Positions 43,563 through 55,465 of a stretch of DNA of 64,000 bases are shown in pieces. This DNA is from Macrostomum hystrix. Lineage: Eukaryota > Animalia > Platyhelminthes. Position numbers and translations under genes: made by a program. Position 1 is the stretch's first letter; every line of letters starts with the position of its first letter. The stretch is from assembly GCA_950097015.1 (NCBI GenBank), contig CATNEN010000030.1:3844001-3908000 (forward strand), given 5' to 3'. Under the pieces are notes generated by a model. The model was not told the DNA's origin. It did not search any database and saw only the letters and a list, made by a program, of their open reading frames with translations.

Positions 43563-46495
43563 TCAGGACCTGGCCATGGCTATGGCGCACACGGCGCTGA
43601 GCTGCAGAAACTCGTCGGCACCGTCGGCGAGGGCCCGGTCGGCCAGGCCGATCTGCTCCAACACGCGCGGCTTCACCCGATCAGTCAGCAGGTGATCGTG
43701 CAGCTGGTTGAGCACCTGCTCACCTGAGTAGCCGTCCAATAGCAGGTCGCGAACAGCCTGGGTGACGGCATCGGTGCGTCGCTGCTCAAGGGCGGCTGTC
43801 AGCACGGCGAAGCGAGCTGGCGGCACAACGCCGGACATTTCGAGAACCAGGCCTACAGTCAGCTCTTGGCCAGGCCCGGCGTACCTGCGACAGATATTAA
43901 ACAGCTGGCACTAAGAATATGCGTAATATCTGCACATGACACAGTCCAGGAATCCTGCATGACACAATCCAGGAATCCTACATGACACAGTCCAGGAATC
44001 ATACATGACACAGTCCAGGAATCCTACATGACACAGTCCAGGAATCCTGCATGACACAGTCCAGGAATCCTACATGACACAGTCCAGGAATCCTGCATGA
44101 CACAGTCCAGGAATCCTACATGACACAATCCAGGAATCCTACATGACACAATCCAGGAATCCTACATGACACAATCCAGGAATCCTACATGACACAATCC
44201 AGGAATCCTGCATGACACAATCCAGGAATTATACATGACACAATCCAGGAATTATACATGACACAATCCAGGAATTATACATGACACAATCCAGGAATTA
44301 TGCATGACACAATCCAGGAATCCTGCATGACACAGTCCAGGAATCCTGCATGACACAGTCCAGGAATCCTACATGACACAATCCAGGAATCCTACATGAC
44401 ACTGTCCAGGAATCCTACATGACACAATCCAGGAATTATACATGACACAATCCAGGAATTATACATGACACAATCCAGGAATTATGCATGACACAATCCA
44501 GGAATCCTGCATGACACAGTCCAGGAATCCTGCATGACACAGTCCAGGAATCCTGCATGACACAGTCCAGGAATCCTGCATGACACAGTCCAGGAATCCT
44601 GCATGACACAGTCCAGGAATCCTGCATGACACAGTCCAGGAATCCTACATGACACAATCCAGGAATCCTACATGACACTGTCCAGGAATCCTACATGACA
44701 CAGTCCAGGAATCATACATGACACAATCCAGGAATCCTACATGACACAATCCAGGAATCCTACATGACACAGTCCAGGAATCCTACATGACACAATCCAG
44801 GAATCCTGCATGACACAGTCCAGGAATCATACATGACACAGTCCAGGAATCATACATGACACAGTCCAGGAATCCTGCATGACACAGTCCAGGAATCCTA
44901 CATGACACAGTCCAGGAATCCTACATGACACAGTCCAGGAATCATACATGACACAGTCCAGGAATCCTACATGACACAGTCCAGGAATCCTGCATGACAC
45001 AGTCCAGGAATCCTACATGACACAGTCCAGGAATCCTGCATGACACAGTCCAGGAATCATACATGACACAATCCAGGAATTATGCATGACACAATCCAGG
45101 AATCCTGCATGACACAGTCCAGGAATCCTGCATGACACAGTCCAGGAATCCTGCATGACACAGTCCAGGAATCCTGCATGACACAGTCCAGGAATCATAC
45201 ATGACACAGTCCAGGAATCCTGCATGACACAGTCCAGGGAATCCATGAAATCCCAAAAATGCTACATAAACATGAGATCGCACATACCTGGCGGCACTGT
45301 GCAGGTAGGTAAGCGCCTTGCGGAGGTCGCCGCCGCTGGCGCCAACCAGAGCCTCCAGGAAGCCGTCGGAGGCGGTCAGCCGTTCGGCGGCGCAGATTTC
45401 GCCGACGCGTCGCAGCAGAGCGACCTCTGGCAGGGGGCGGAATCGAAACTTGGCGCACCGGCTGCTGATTGGCGGTATGATCCGGGAGACGTAGTTGCAG
45501 ATCAGGCAGAACCGGGTGGTTTTGGCGCAAACCTCCATAGTGCGGCGCAGAGCTGACTGCGCGGCAGTCGTCATGTTGTCAGCCTCGTCCAGGATGATTA
45601 GCTTCAGTGGAGGGCACGGCTTTCCGCTGCAGAGGTGGTACAGCACGAAAGTTAATCATGACAAGGGAATGGTTTGCTGTGATTTTTCGGATTCAGGGAC
45701 TCCCGCTATTCAACTCACTCAGGTCGTTTAGCATTAGCCGTTAGCTGGGCGAAGGTTTTCACTTTCTCGCGAATGACGCCAATTCCGCGCTCGTCGGACG
45801 CGTTCAGCTCGAGCAGCCGGTCGCGAAGAAGCTCCGGGCCAAACAGGTCCCTGGAGAAAAGGAGGGATTTGGGATTTACGAAAATCGCTGAAATAGGGCA
45901 GTGTTGCAATGAGCAATAAGAATTGATAGGGTAGGCGCGATACCTCAAGGCACCACTAGAAACGAGTCACGTGATCTTGAAGAGCAGAATTGAGTCACGT
46001 GACCTTGAAGAATAGAATCGAGTCACGTGACCTTGAAGAATAGAATTGAGTCACGTGACCTTGAAGAATAGAATTGAGTCACGTGACCTCGAAGAACAAA
46101 ATCGAGTCACCTGACCTTAAGGAATAGAATCGAATCACGTGACCTTAAGGATGGAATTAAGGCTAGTGACAGAAAATTCAGAAAACGCACGAAAACGACA
46201 GAAAACGCACGTGACAAATAGGTGTTGCAAGGAGCCTAGCTCACCTGGCCAGGGCGAGAGCTGCTGAGGTTTTGCCAGTTCCCGGACTGCCATAGAACAG
46301 CAAATTAGGCAGGTCGGCGCCTTCAACGGCGCACTTTTTCAGCACGGCAACAGCCTCCTCCTGGTGGGAGACATCGTCCAGCGTGGCCGGCCGGTACTTC
46401 TCGACCCAGGGCGTGGGCCGCTTTGCCGAGGATGCGGAGCGCGGCTTGCCGACGGCTTCCGACTTCGGGCCGGCGTAGTTGAGAAGAAAGTTCTC
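43563..46495 (-). CDS. RFC4: Replication factor C subunit 4 (RFC37/Rfc2 type); join(46495..46245, 45850..45719, 45626..45288, 43884..43563), 347 aa plus a missing initiator Met
   Basis: PWVEKYRP, Walker [49 protein letters not shown] motif [16 protein letters not shown]. All three introns are GT-AG and phase-2 consistent. No ATG in frame before the first acceptor. Confidence 0.93.
43935..45240. repeat. Intronic minisatellite, 23 bp unit (catgacacagtccaggaatcct[a/g]), filling RFC4 intron 3
   Basis: Direct reading, about 56 copies. Confidence 0.97.
45964..46150. repeat. Short 28-bp tandem array with a GTCACGTGAC palindrome in RFC4 intron 1
   Basis: About 7 units of gagtcacgtgaccttgaagaatagaat[t/c]. 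Confidence 0.9.
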
Positions 46496-46513
46496 CTGGA
46501 AGCGATTGAAAGT

Positions 46514-47597
46514 TGGGATGATGGACTCAACTAGTGTCAGGCTATTGGAGTAGGGATGATGGACTCAACTAGTGTCAGGCTATTGGAGTAGGGATGATGG
46601 ACTCAACTAGTGTCAGGCTATTGCAGTAGGGATGATGGACTCAACTAGTGTCAGGCTATTGGAGTAGGGATGATGGACTCAACTAGTGTCAGGCTATTGG
46701 AGTAGGGATGATGGACTCAACTAGTGTCAGGCTATTGGAGTAGGGATGATGGACTCAACTAGTGTCAGGCTATTGGAGTAGGGATGATGGACTCAACTAG
46801 TGTCAGGCTATTGGAGTAGGGATGATGGACTGAACTAGTGTCAGGCTATTGGAGTAGGGATGATGGACTCAACTAGTGTCAGGCTATTGGAGTAGGGATG
46901 ATGGACTGAACTAGTGTCAGGCTATTGGAGTAGGGATGATGGACCCAACTAGTGTCAGGCAATTGGAGTAGGGATGATGGACTGAACTAGAGTCAGGCTA
47001 TTGGAGTAGGGATGATGGACTCAACTAGTGTCAGGCTATTGGAGTAGGGATGATGGACTGAACTAGAGTCAGGCTATTGAAGTAGGGATGATGGACTCAA
47101 CTAGTGTCAGGCTATTGGAGTAGGGATGATGGACCCAACTAGTGTCAGGCTATTGGAGTAGGGATGATGGACTGAACTAGAGTCAGGCTATTGGAGTAGG
47201 GATGATGGACTCAACTAGTGTCAGGCTATTGGAGTAGGGATGATGGACTCAACTAGAGTCAGGCTATTGGAGTAGGGATGATGGACTCAACTAGTGTCAG
47301 GCTATTGGAGTAGGGATGATGCACTCAACTAGTGTCAGGCTATTGGAGTCGGGATGATGGACTCAACTAGTGTCAGGCTATTGGAGTAGGGATGATGGAC
47401 TCAACTAGTGTCAGGCTATTGGAGTCGGGATGATGGACTCAACTAGTGTCAGGCTATTGGAGTAGGGATGATGGACTCAACTAGAGTCAGGCTATTGGAG
47501 TAGGGATGATGGACTCAACTAGTGTCAGGCTATTGGAGTAGGGATGATGGACTCAACTAGTGTCAGGCTATTGGAGTAGGGATGATGGACCCTACTA
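46514..47597. repeat. Minisatellite, 38 bp unit (gtagggatgatggactcaactagtgtcaggctattgga), about 28 copies
   Basis: Direct reading; lies between CNDP2 and the RFC4 acceptor. Confidence 0.97.
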
Positions 47598-48193
47598 GTT
47601 TTTCGGATATTGAAGTTGGGCTATTAGATAATTTAAAGACTAAATAAAAAATAAGCGAGGAATAAGTAGCTGTTTATGAGCATGGATTCTGAAATGAAAT
47701 TATTGATTTATTTAATTGGCAAACGGGGATACCTATAAAATCGAAAAACGGTTATCCTAATTGACTAATTTCATATTGGTCAGAAAACGATCGCTCATTA
47801 AATTGGCGTACCGAAAACAAAATTTGGAGCAGAAAGATCGGTTTAGGGTAAAGATCTTGGATAATAAATAAAAAATTACAGTGCAGAAAAACACCTGCAT
47901 CATTACTGACAATAGTAACGGAAAACGATTCAAACACCGGTTTTAATTAAAAAAAAGTTGAAAATCGAACCTTGTAATTAGCCAAAAAAGATAAGAAGTT
48001 GAACTGAATTCTTGAATAGTCATTGTTGGATAAAGTTAAACAAACAAAAATGACCATGATTAAAAATTGTTAGGACTAAAACAAAGGATTTATGAACTAG
48101 TGTTATCATAGTGAATCTGTATTTCTAGACAATCATAATGGAATTCAATAAACGTCACACTGCGATCAACTCATTGTAAACTGCGACTCAAAA

Positions 48194-51100
48194 TCACATC
48201 TGGCCAATCTCGTACAGATAGGCAGCCATCAGCTTGGTGCCCTGAATGTAGTTCCGCTTGGACAGCTTCTCATTCTGGCTGTGCGCGCCATCGTCAGCCT
48301 GGCCCATCGGCAGCAGCAGCACATTCTTGCCAGTGTTCTCCTGCAGGCTCAGCGTCACCGGGATGCTGCCGCCCTCGCGAGTCATGTCCGGCTCAACGCC
48401 GTAGACAGTCTTGGTGGCCTTGGCGGCCGCCTGATAGTGCGGGTGATTGAAGCTGCTGAACCAGTGCCGGCCGCCGTGAAATGGAGTGATGCGGCACTGG
48501 TTGGGGCTTGAGCGCTCGCGAAACAGGCGCTCGCAGTAGGCCACGACTTTGGCGTTAATCTCCTCAGGCGTCTGGTTGGGCACAATGCGAATGCTGAATT
48601 TGCCAATGACCCGACGAGGAATCACCGTCTTGGCGCCTTCGCCATAGAACGCTCCCTCGATGCCGTGAACGCTGAGCGACGGGAAGCGCCAGCGATGCTG
48701 CAAAGTCTTGGCCTGAAAGCAATTTGGTAGGCTTATTTAAAGATCATAGACAAATAATTAGGACCTGCAAAAGGCTGTTGAATACAATGGGCCGCGCAGT
48801 ATGACGGAGGACAAAGCTGAATGATTATAAGTGACGGAGGACAAAAGCTGAATGATTATAAGTGACGGAGGACAAAAGCTGAATGATTATAAGTGACGGA
48901 GGACCAAAGCTGAATGATTATAAGTGACGGAGGACCAAAGCTGAATGATTATAAGTGACGGAGGACAAAGCTGAATGATAATAAGTGACGGAGGACAAAG
49001 CTGAATGATTATAAGTGACGGAGGACAAATCTGAATGATTATAAGTGACGGACGACCAAAGCTGAATGATTATAAGTGACGGAGGACCAAAGCTGAATGA
49101 TTATAAGTGACGGAGGACCAAAGCTGAATGATAATAAGTGATGGAGGACAAAGCTGAATGATTATAAGTGACGGAGGACCAAAGCTGAATGATAATAAGT
49201 GATGGAGGACCAAAGCTGAATGATAATAAGTGATGGAGGACCAAAGCTGAATGATAATAAGTGATGGAGGACCAAAGCTGAATGATAATAAGTGATGGAG
49301 GACCAAAGCTGAAATTTCTTAAGTGTGACGGAGGAGCTGAAGGATTTTACTTCCTTAAGAGGATGAAAAGTTAAGGACAAAAATGAGCATGTAAATAAAC
49401 ACTAGGTAAAAAGCTATCTACCTTGGAGTCGTGCAACAGACCGTGAAGTCCATTGTCGGCCTTGAATTCTTCAACATCAAAGTCCATCTTATCGTAGAGA
49501 GCCTCCTCGTCGGCGGTCAGAGGGTCCACATTCTCATCAATACCGTCGATTAGGATGCGGCCATCCTTATCAGCTAGGCGGCCCAGGAACCAGACCAGGT
49601 CGTTCATGGCCTCGGGCACAGAGCCGCCGAACACGCCGCTGTGCAGGTCCTTGGCGGCGCAGCTGACCTCCAAGAAGAAATAGCAGATGCCGCGCAGGCC
49701 GTAGGTCAGGCACGGCTTGTCCTTGCCCAGCCAATAGTTGTCGCTGATGCAGACCAGGTCGACGCCCTTCAGGAAGCCGTCCCGCTCCTTAACCAGCAGA
49801 TCGTCGAGGCCTTCAGAGCCGCTCTCTTCCATGGCCTCCAGGCAGAATTTCAGGTTCACCGGCAGATCGACACCCTCCTAAGAATATAGCAAGCACTGAC
49901 TTGAAGACGCCTACTTATAACATTGACCTCAGGAAATTGGTCCCCGAGTTCGAATCCTCGACGAGGCCGAATTACAAAGAAAAAGAAAAAGTTGGGAGGC
50001 TTGTTGTGCAACTTAGGCACATAAAGATCACCTCTAAAGCAGGGGTCGGCAAACTTATTAGCTAGCGGGCCGAAGAGACAACCTAAAAGACGACCGCGGG
50101 CCGCATTGACTGTAGAAATATCGGATAGGGGAGAGATAGGACAGTGAAGAGATGAAAGGGGGAGATTAGACACGGGAGAGACGAGACCGAGGGGAGATGA
50201 GACAGGGGAAAGATGAGACAGGATACTGTAGGCGTCGAAAGGGGGCAACAAGGCCGGATTTGGTAACTTCGAGGGCCGCATCTGGCCCGCGGGCCGGAGT
50301 TTGCCGACCCGAGCTCTAGAGCAGCGATATTTTGTACCCGCGTAACGTATCCATGTGAGTGAGTGTGCTCAGGGTCACAGAAATAGACGGAATTGCCTCC
50401 TCGCTGGCTGCGGGTCGACTGTAGCCTAACTATGCGCCAGAGACCCAGGCCGCCACAACCTCAGAATCTTATTGGTAAGGTCCTGAGTTCAATACCGACA
50501 GTCAGCCACTTGCACTAGACGCACCTCCTTGTAGGCCTCGATGGCGTTAACCCAGCCCAGCACGGGTCCCTTGTCGTCGCTGGATCCGCGGCCGTACAAA
50601 TTGCCATTGCGCTCGGTTAGCTCAAACGGCTCCGTGTCCCAGCCGTCCTCCTTGATGGCCGGCTGCACGTCCAGGTGGCCGTAGACCAGTAGGGTCTTCT
50701 TGTTGGCGCTATCGGAAGCGCTTGGTAGGTCGGCCAGCAGACAGGGCGGCAGTGGAAGCGTCGTGCCGTCCGGCAGCTTCTGAAAGAACAAAGACTTATA
50801 ATGTGTACATTTGCCAAGTTGATGTCGTATCCTCAAATTATTTAGGCGTATTTTTATTAATAAATATATACAATCCAATGATCCTATGTCCAAAATCTTC
50901 AATCCTAGATCCAATGTCCAAAATCTTCAATCCTAGATCTAATGTCTTTCATAATTTTTATTATTTTATCTAGCCTATTCCAAGTCAGATTAGGATTTCG
51001 CACCTGGTCACCCAGTGGCGCTAGACGAACAGTGGCGCCCAGAGCTTTCAATTGATCAGCGGCCCGTTCAACCATGCGCACAACTTCTGGGCGATGATCG

Positions 51101-51225
51101 GGCCAGGCGCTGACAGACTTGACGGCCACAGCGTCGCGCAGACGATCAATGTAGCGCGACTGGTTTGCTTCGATTCGGTTGAAAATGCCCTGCAGGCTGG
51201 CGGTTGTGGCGGCGTTGGCAGACAT
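48194..51225 (-). CDS. CNDP2: Cytosolic non-specific dipeptidase (peptidase M20A); join(51225..51004, 50779..50525, 49877..49422, 48712..48194), 483 aa
   Basis: [65 protein letters not shown] metal-binding motifs; three phase-0 GT-AG introns. Confidence 0.95.
48801..49310. repeat. Intronic minisatellite, 30-31 bp unit (tgacggaggaccaaagctgaatgattataag) in CNDP2 intron 3
   Basis: Direct reading. Confidence 0.95.
50040..50313. mobile_element. Non-autonomous hAT (Charlie-like) MITE in CNDP2 intron 2
   Basis: TIRs caggggtcggcaaac ... gtttgccgacccgag (13/15 match); 8-bp TSD ctctaaag / ctctagag (7/8), matching the NTCTAGAN Charlie target; subterminal gggccgca and gcgggccg motifs. Confidence 0.85.
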
Positions 51226-51349
51226 TCTGCGCGCGAAGTGACTGAACAGCTGCAATTTCAGGACAGAACATTTTTTATACTGCTTCAAAGTGCTTTAGAT
51301 ATTCCTAAAAATAGATTAGTTGCATCTAACTTCGTTAGGCCAGGTGTAC

Positions 51350-51497
51350 AGCCAGTTGTAGCAGAGTGGTTAGAGCGTCGGACTCACGACTTGAAGGTCG
51401 GGGGTTCAATTCCCGACTCCACTGGAACAATTTGCGTATGTTAGCAAGACACATCTCTGTATTAGCTCGGTTCGGCAAGCTTTTAAATGGGTACCAG
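51350..51497 (+). mobile_element. tRNA-derived SINE copy between CNDP2 and the cyclophilin
   Basis: A box tagcagagtggttagagc, B box ggttcaattcc, tail actggaacaatttg...tagcaagacac...aaatgggtacc; homologous to 39105-39243. Confidence 0.72.
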
Positions 51498-52234
51498 TAT
51501 TAGCTAGGGTAATTAATATAGGGTGGTTGTGGCGTCCCCCAGTCCATGGACTGAAAAGCCGTACGCAGCCCTCAGATGCGCCGCGAAATAGCTGCAGCTG
51601 TGATTTCAAATTTGCACAAAGACAAATTATTTCCCTTGAGCAGAGATTCTGAATTCCTCAAAAATATCAAAGCTAAATTACAGATGTAACAGAGTTATAA
51701 CAACAAAACAATTTGGTTTGTGTTTTTTCATAGATTTAAGATTCTAAATTTTGTAAGAAAAAAACCAGAACTCAGCGCATTAGCTGGTCTGACGTGGCAC
51801 AGTCGTGGCTGCTTCGCCCAACGTCAGCACAACTGGAGCCACGCAGGAACCCAAGTAGGAAGAGAGCACTGCGTGGAAGCTTTAGATTAGATTAAAAAAC
51901 AACGCTGGAATTAACGATTGCTGACTGAATCTCCCCAACCATAGTAGACGCGGATTAAGAGGATTAAACAGTAAACACAATGCGATCGAGGTAAGGACAA
52001 CAGCTGGGCAGAACTTTGAAGACCCAATTTTCTTCAGAGACGCATACACGTGGCAGATAGGAGCACAGTGGCCAACAATCACTGATCGGGCTTGATGATG
52101 TGGCACAAGAAGAATCAAAGAAAAATTACAGCATAAAAGAAACTCAACAGGAGCAGAAGAAAGGCCACAATCCTTCTTAATCTAAGCAAGAAGAGCAACT
52201 CTGAGCAAACAGTCGAGAGAATCCAGCCTGAATC

Positions 52235-52942
52235 ATGCATCGGCTAACCGCAATTCTGCTGCTTGGTCTACTGTGCGTCACTGTGCCAGTCATGGCTAGA
52301 GACAAGAGCGACGACGAAGAACAGAAGCCAACCTACAAGGTGACGGAGGAGGTCTGGTTCGAAGTTGAAATCAAGGATCTAGATGGTCCTGGCGATGATT
52401 TCACTGGCAGGTTCACAGTTGGCGTGTTCGGTGAAGACGCACCAGCTACCAGTATGAACTTTGTGTCGCTGGCCAAAGGCTGGCGCTCGGCTAAAGGCGA
52501 TCATCTGCACTACAAGAACACACCCGTGCACCGAGTTGTGCCCGACTTTGTCATCCAGATGGGCGACGTGACGCGCAAAGATGGATCCGGCGGTGCCAGC
52601 ATCTTCGGCAAGACCTTTAACGACGAAGCCTTCCTCCTGTCGCATCGCAGCGCAGGCTGGGTGGCCATGGCCAACCATGGACCTGACACAAACGGCTCCC
52701 AGTTCTACATCACCCTGACTAAGGCGCGCTGGCTTGACCGGCATCACGTGGTGTTCGGCAAAGTCGTCCGCGGCTTCGACGTTGTCAACACCATCGGAGA
52801 AGTGCCAACAAACCCGAAGAACTCGCAGCCGAAGCGCAAGATTCGCATCATCGACTGCGGCATTGTTGGCATCAAGAAGCCGTACACGCTGAGCAAGGAC
52901 GATCTGGATTCCACTACGGACATCATCGCTAGAAGCGACTAA
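52235..52942 (+). CDS. Secretory-pathway cyclophilin (peptidyl-prolyl isomerase B/C-like), single exon, 235 aa
   Basis: N-terminal hydrophobic signal peptide; HRVVPDFVIQMGD, AMANHGPDTNGSQFYI, WLDRHHVVFGKV. Confidence 0.93.
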   Translation: MHRLTAILLLGLLCVTVPVMARDKSDDEEQKPTYKVTEEVWFEVEIKDLDGPGDDFTGRFTVGVFGEDAPATSMNFVSLAKGWRSAKGDHLHYKNTPVHRVVPDFVIQMGDVTRKDGSGGASIFGKTFNDEAFLLSHRSAGWVAMANHGPDTNGSQFYITLTKARWLDRHHVVFGKVVRGFDVVNTIGEVPTNPKNSQPKRKIRIIDCGIVGIKKPYTLSKDDLDSTTDIIARSD

Positions 52943-54314
52943 GTTTTCAAAGAGCAATAATTGCCACAATGACGCTCTAGTTTAGAAGCACTGACTCTGA
53001 TTAGCGCAAGCTTCGCTTACATATACTTAGCAGTTCGGTCACCTAAAATCACTCATACAACGACATTACGAGTAATGTTCTATAAACCTTTTGTGGCAAC
53101 AATTCTACACAGCTATTGGTAGAAAATGGTACAGACTTTTAAAGCCGAATGAAATAGACAAAAAAACTAATATTCAGTAGCTAGCTAGCAATATTGGACT
53201 ACTACATATTGTGCGCTGTTAATACATTTCTTTGCCTTAAAAATCTCTTATAACGCCTTAAAAAGGTGTTTTCGAAATAAATGAAAGAAAGCAAATAACG
53301 AATGAGTGCACCCACATCGTGATAGAAAATGTACTTTAAAAATGATCATACACATTTAAACGCATCGAAATTTGAAAGAAAACAGACACAACAGCCTAAC
53401 TAACTACTGAAGATAACAAATATTAAATATGTATTGCTAAAAACTACAGATTGAAAGAAATTAGCTGAAATCTGAACTGCATGAAATCATCAATATAAGC
53501 GACTCTAACGAGGAAATAAACAGGATTGAAACAAAACACCAAAACAACAGGAAATGTTTAACTTTCTATTCTGAAACATATTAAAATATTATAAATAAAA
53601 GGCAAACTACTGCTAATAGAAGAACAGCAATCGGTGCTAATAAAAATACACACTCAATAACATCAACCGATAGTGAATAAAGTCAGCAGGCGCACAAATG
53701 GTTGCTTTAGTAATTAGTCTTCTTTTTGGCCTTACACAATGCGAGCGAGTTGAATTAAACAGCAATGGATTATGTACTTATAGCTCATATGCTTATTCTA
53801 TGGCAGTAGATGGCACAATAATGACGATATGTAAGGTAACTAACACACTGCACAATGACAACAGTAACACTTTAGTAGTGAAAAGACACGGACATAAATG
53901 CCAAGACAAACTGGGCACAGGACAACAATGGGCTATAAAATGTTTATAGAGAAACTACCTTCATCTAACAGCTAAACTAAATGTATATATTGATATATAA
54001 AAAATGAATAATTAGCCAACAATTAAGAAGACAGCACTTAGTAACAGTGGATGAAATCAGAAAGTGCAAATTTATAAATCATAGATTAACAATGAATTTT
54101 GCGTAATCACAACATGATAACTGCATGTAGCCTAATACGAGCGTGTATACGCATACGGCGACCATATAATATGAACCAGATCTATACTTTGATCAATGCA
54201 AAGTGCTAGCCGTAATAACACTTGTCAACGATAAAACTAGCTAAAAGTGACGATTCCAAAACACTCATCAAAACTATAGAATATGGTGAGAGATATAAAT
54301 GGTATACCGAAACT

Positions 54315-55006
54315 TACTTTATCACTCACAAATTGGTGAATGAGTGCCCCCATTACCACTCACAAATTGGTGAATGAGTGCCCCCATTACCACTCAAATT
54401 AGTGAATGAGTGCCCCCATTACCACTCACAAATTGGTGAATGAGTGCCCCCATTACCACTCACAAATTGGTGAATGAGTGCCCCAATTACCACTCACAAA
54501 TTGGTGAATGAGTGCCCCCATTACCACTCAAATTAGTGAATGAGTGTCCCCATTACCACTCACAAATTGGTGAATGAGTGCCCCCCAATACCACTCAAAT
54601 TGGTGAATGAGTGGCCCCATTACCACTCAAATTGGTGAATGAGTGCCCCCATTACCACTCACAAATTGGTGAATGAGTGCCCCCATTACCACTCACAAAT
54701 TGGTGAATGAGTGCCCCCATTACCACTCAAATTGGTGAATGAGTGCCCCCATTACCACTCAAATTGGTGAATGAGTGCCCCCATTACCACTCAAATTGGT
54801 GAATGAGTTCCCCCCAATACCACTCAAATTAGTGAATGAGTGCCCCCAATACCACTCAAATTAGTGAATGAGTGCCCCCAATACCACTCAAATTAGTGAA
54901 TGAGTGCCCCCAATACCACTCACAAATTGGTGAATGAGTGCCCCCCATTACCACTCACAAATTGGTGAATGAGTGCCCCCATTACCACTCACAAATTGGT
55001 GAATGA
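54315..55006. repeat. Minisatellite, 33-35 bp unit (aattggtgaatgagtgcccccattaccactca[ca])
   Basis: Direct reading, about 20 copies. Confidence 0.95.
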
Positions 55007-55465
55007 GAAGGCATCCCCACAAATCCAACATTAGTGAATGAATGAAGTTGAACATACAAGAAAAGACTAACTGTACCTGTTGTTATAATAAAATCTAAAG
55101 CAGATCTCTAATACAAAAATTATGACATTGTGTATAAACGAAAAGTGTTAACGCTAAAATGGAGAGAAAGAACGTGCCAACATTGAATAAATTAGACGTC
55201 TGTTACAATAACGGGCGCACAGAAAATATAATGAATAACTACGAGAAACAAGCAATAAACGATAACTGCACGTCTATAAATACCAACTGCATTCAAAGCA
55301 CAAATATTAAGTTAGTAACAAAATAAATGAATACAATTGAAGATATGGAATTAGAAGAATGAAAAGTTTCAGACATTGGCAATAAACTGTTTTGACTTGT
55401 TAGTTTTTTTCTGTATCAGATAAGATGGCAATGTAATTCAAGCACTTAATGTTTTAAATGAATCG

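Noticed and set aside
49946-49957. Isolated B-box GAGTTCGAATCC in CNDP2 intron 2
   Set aside because: No clear A box or cloverleaf; at most a SINE/tRNA fragment.
51305-51314. Perfect MEF2 site CTAAAAATAG upstream of CNDP2
   Set aside because: A single AT-rich 10-mer is expected by chance in 64 kb and has no supporting context.
51350-51425. tRNA gene (also 39105-39170)
   Set aside because: The acceptor and anticodon stems pair poorly, and both copies continue into a shared non-tRNA body, which indicates a SINE.
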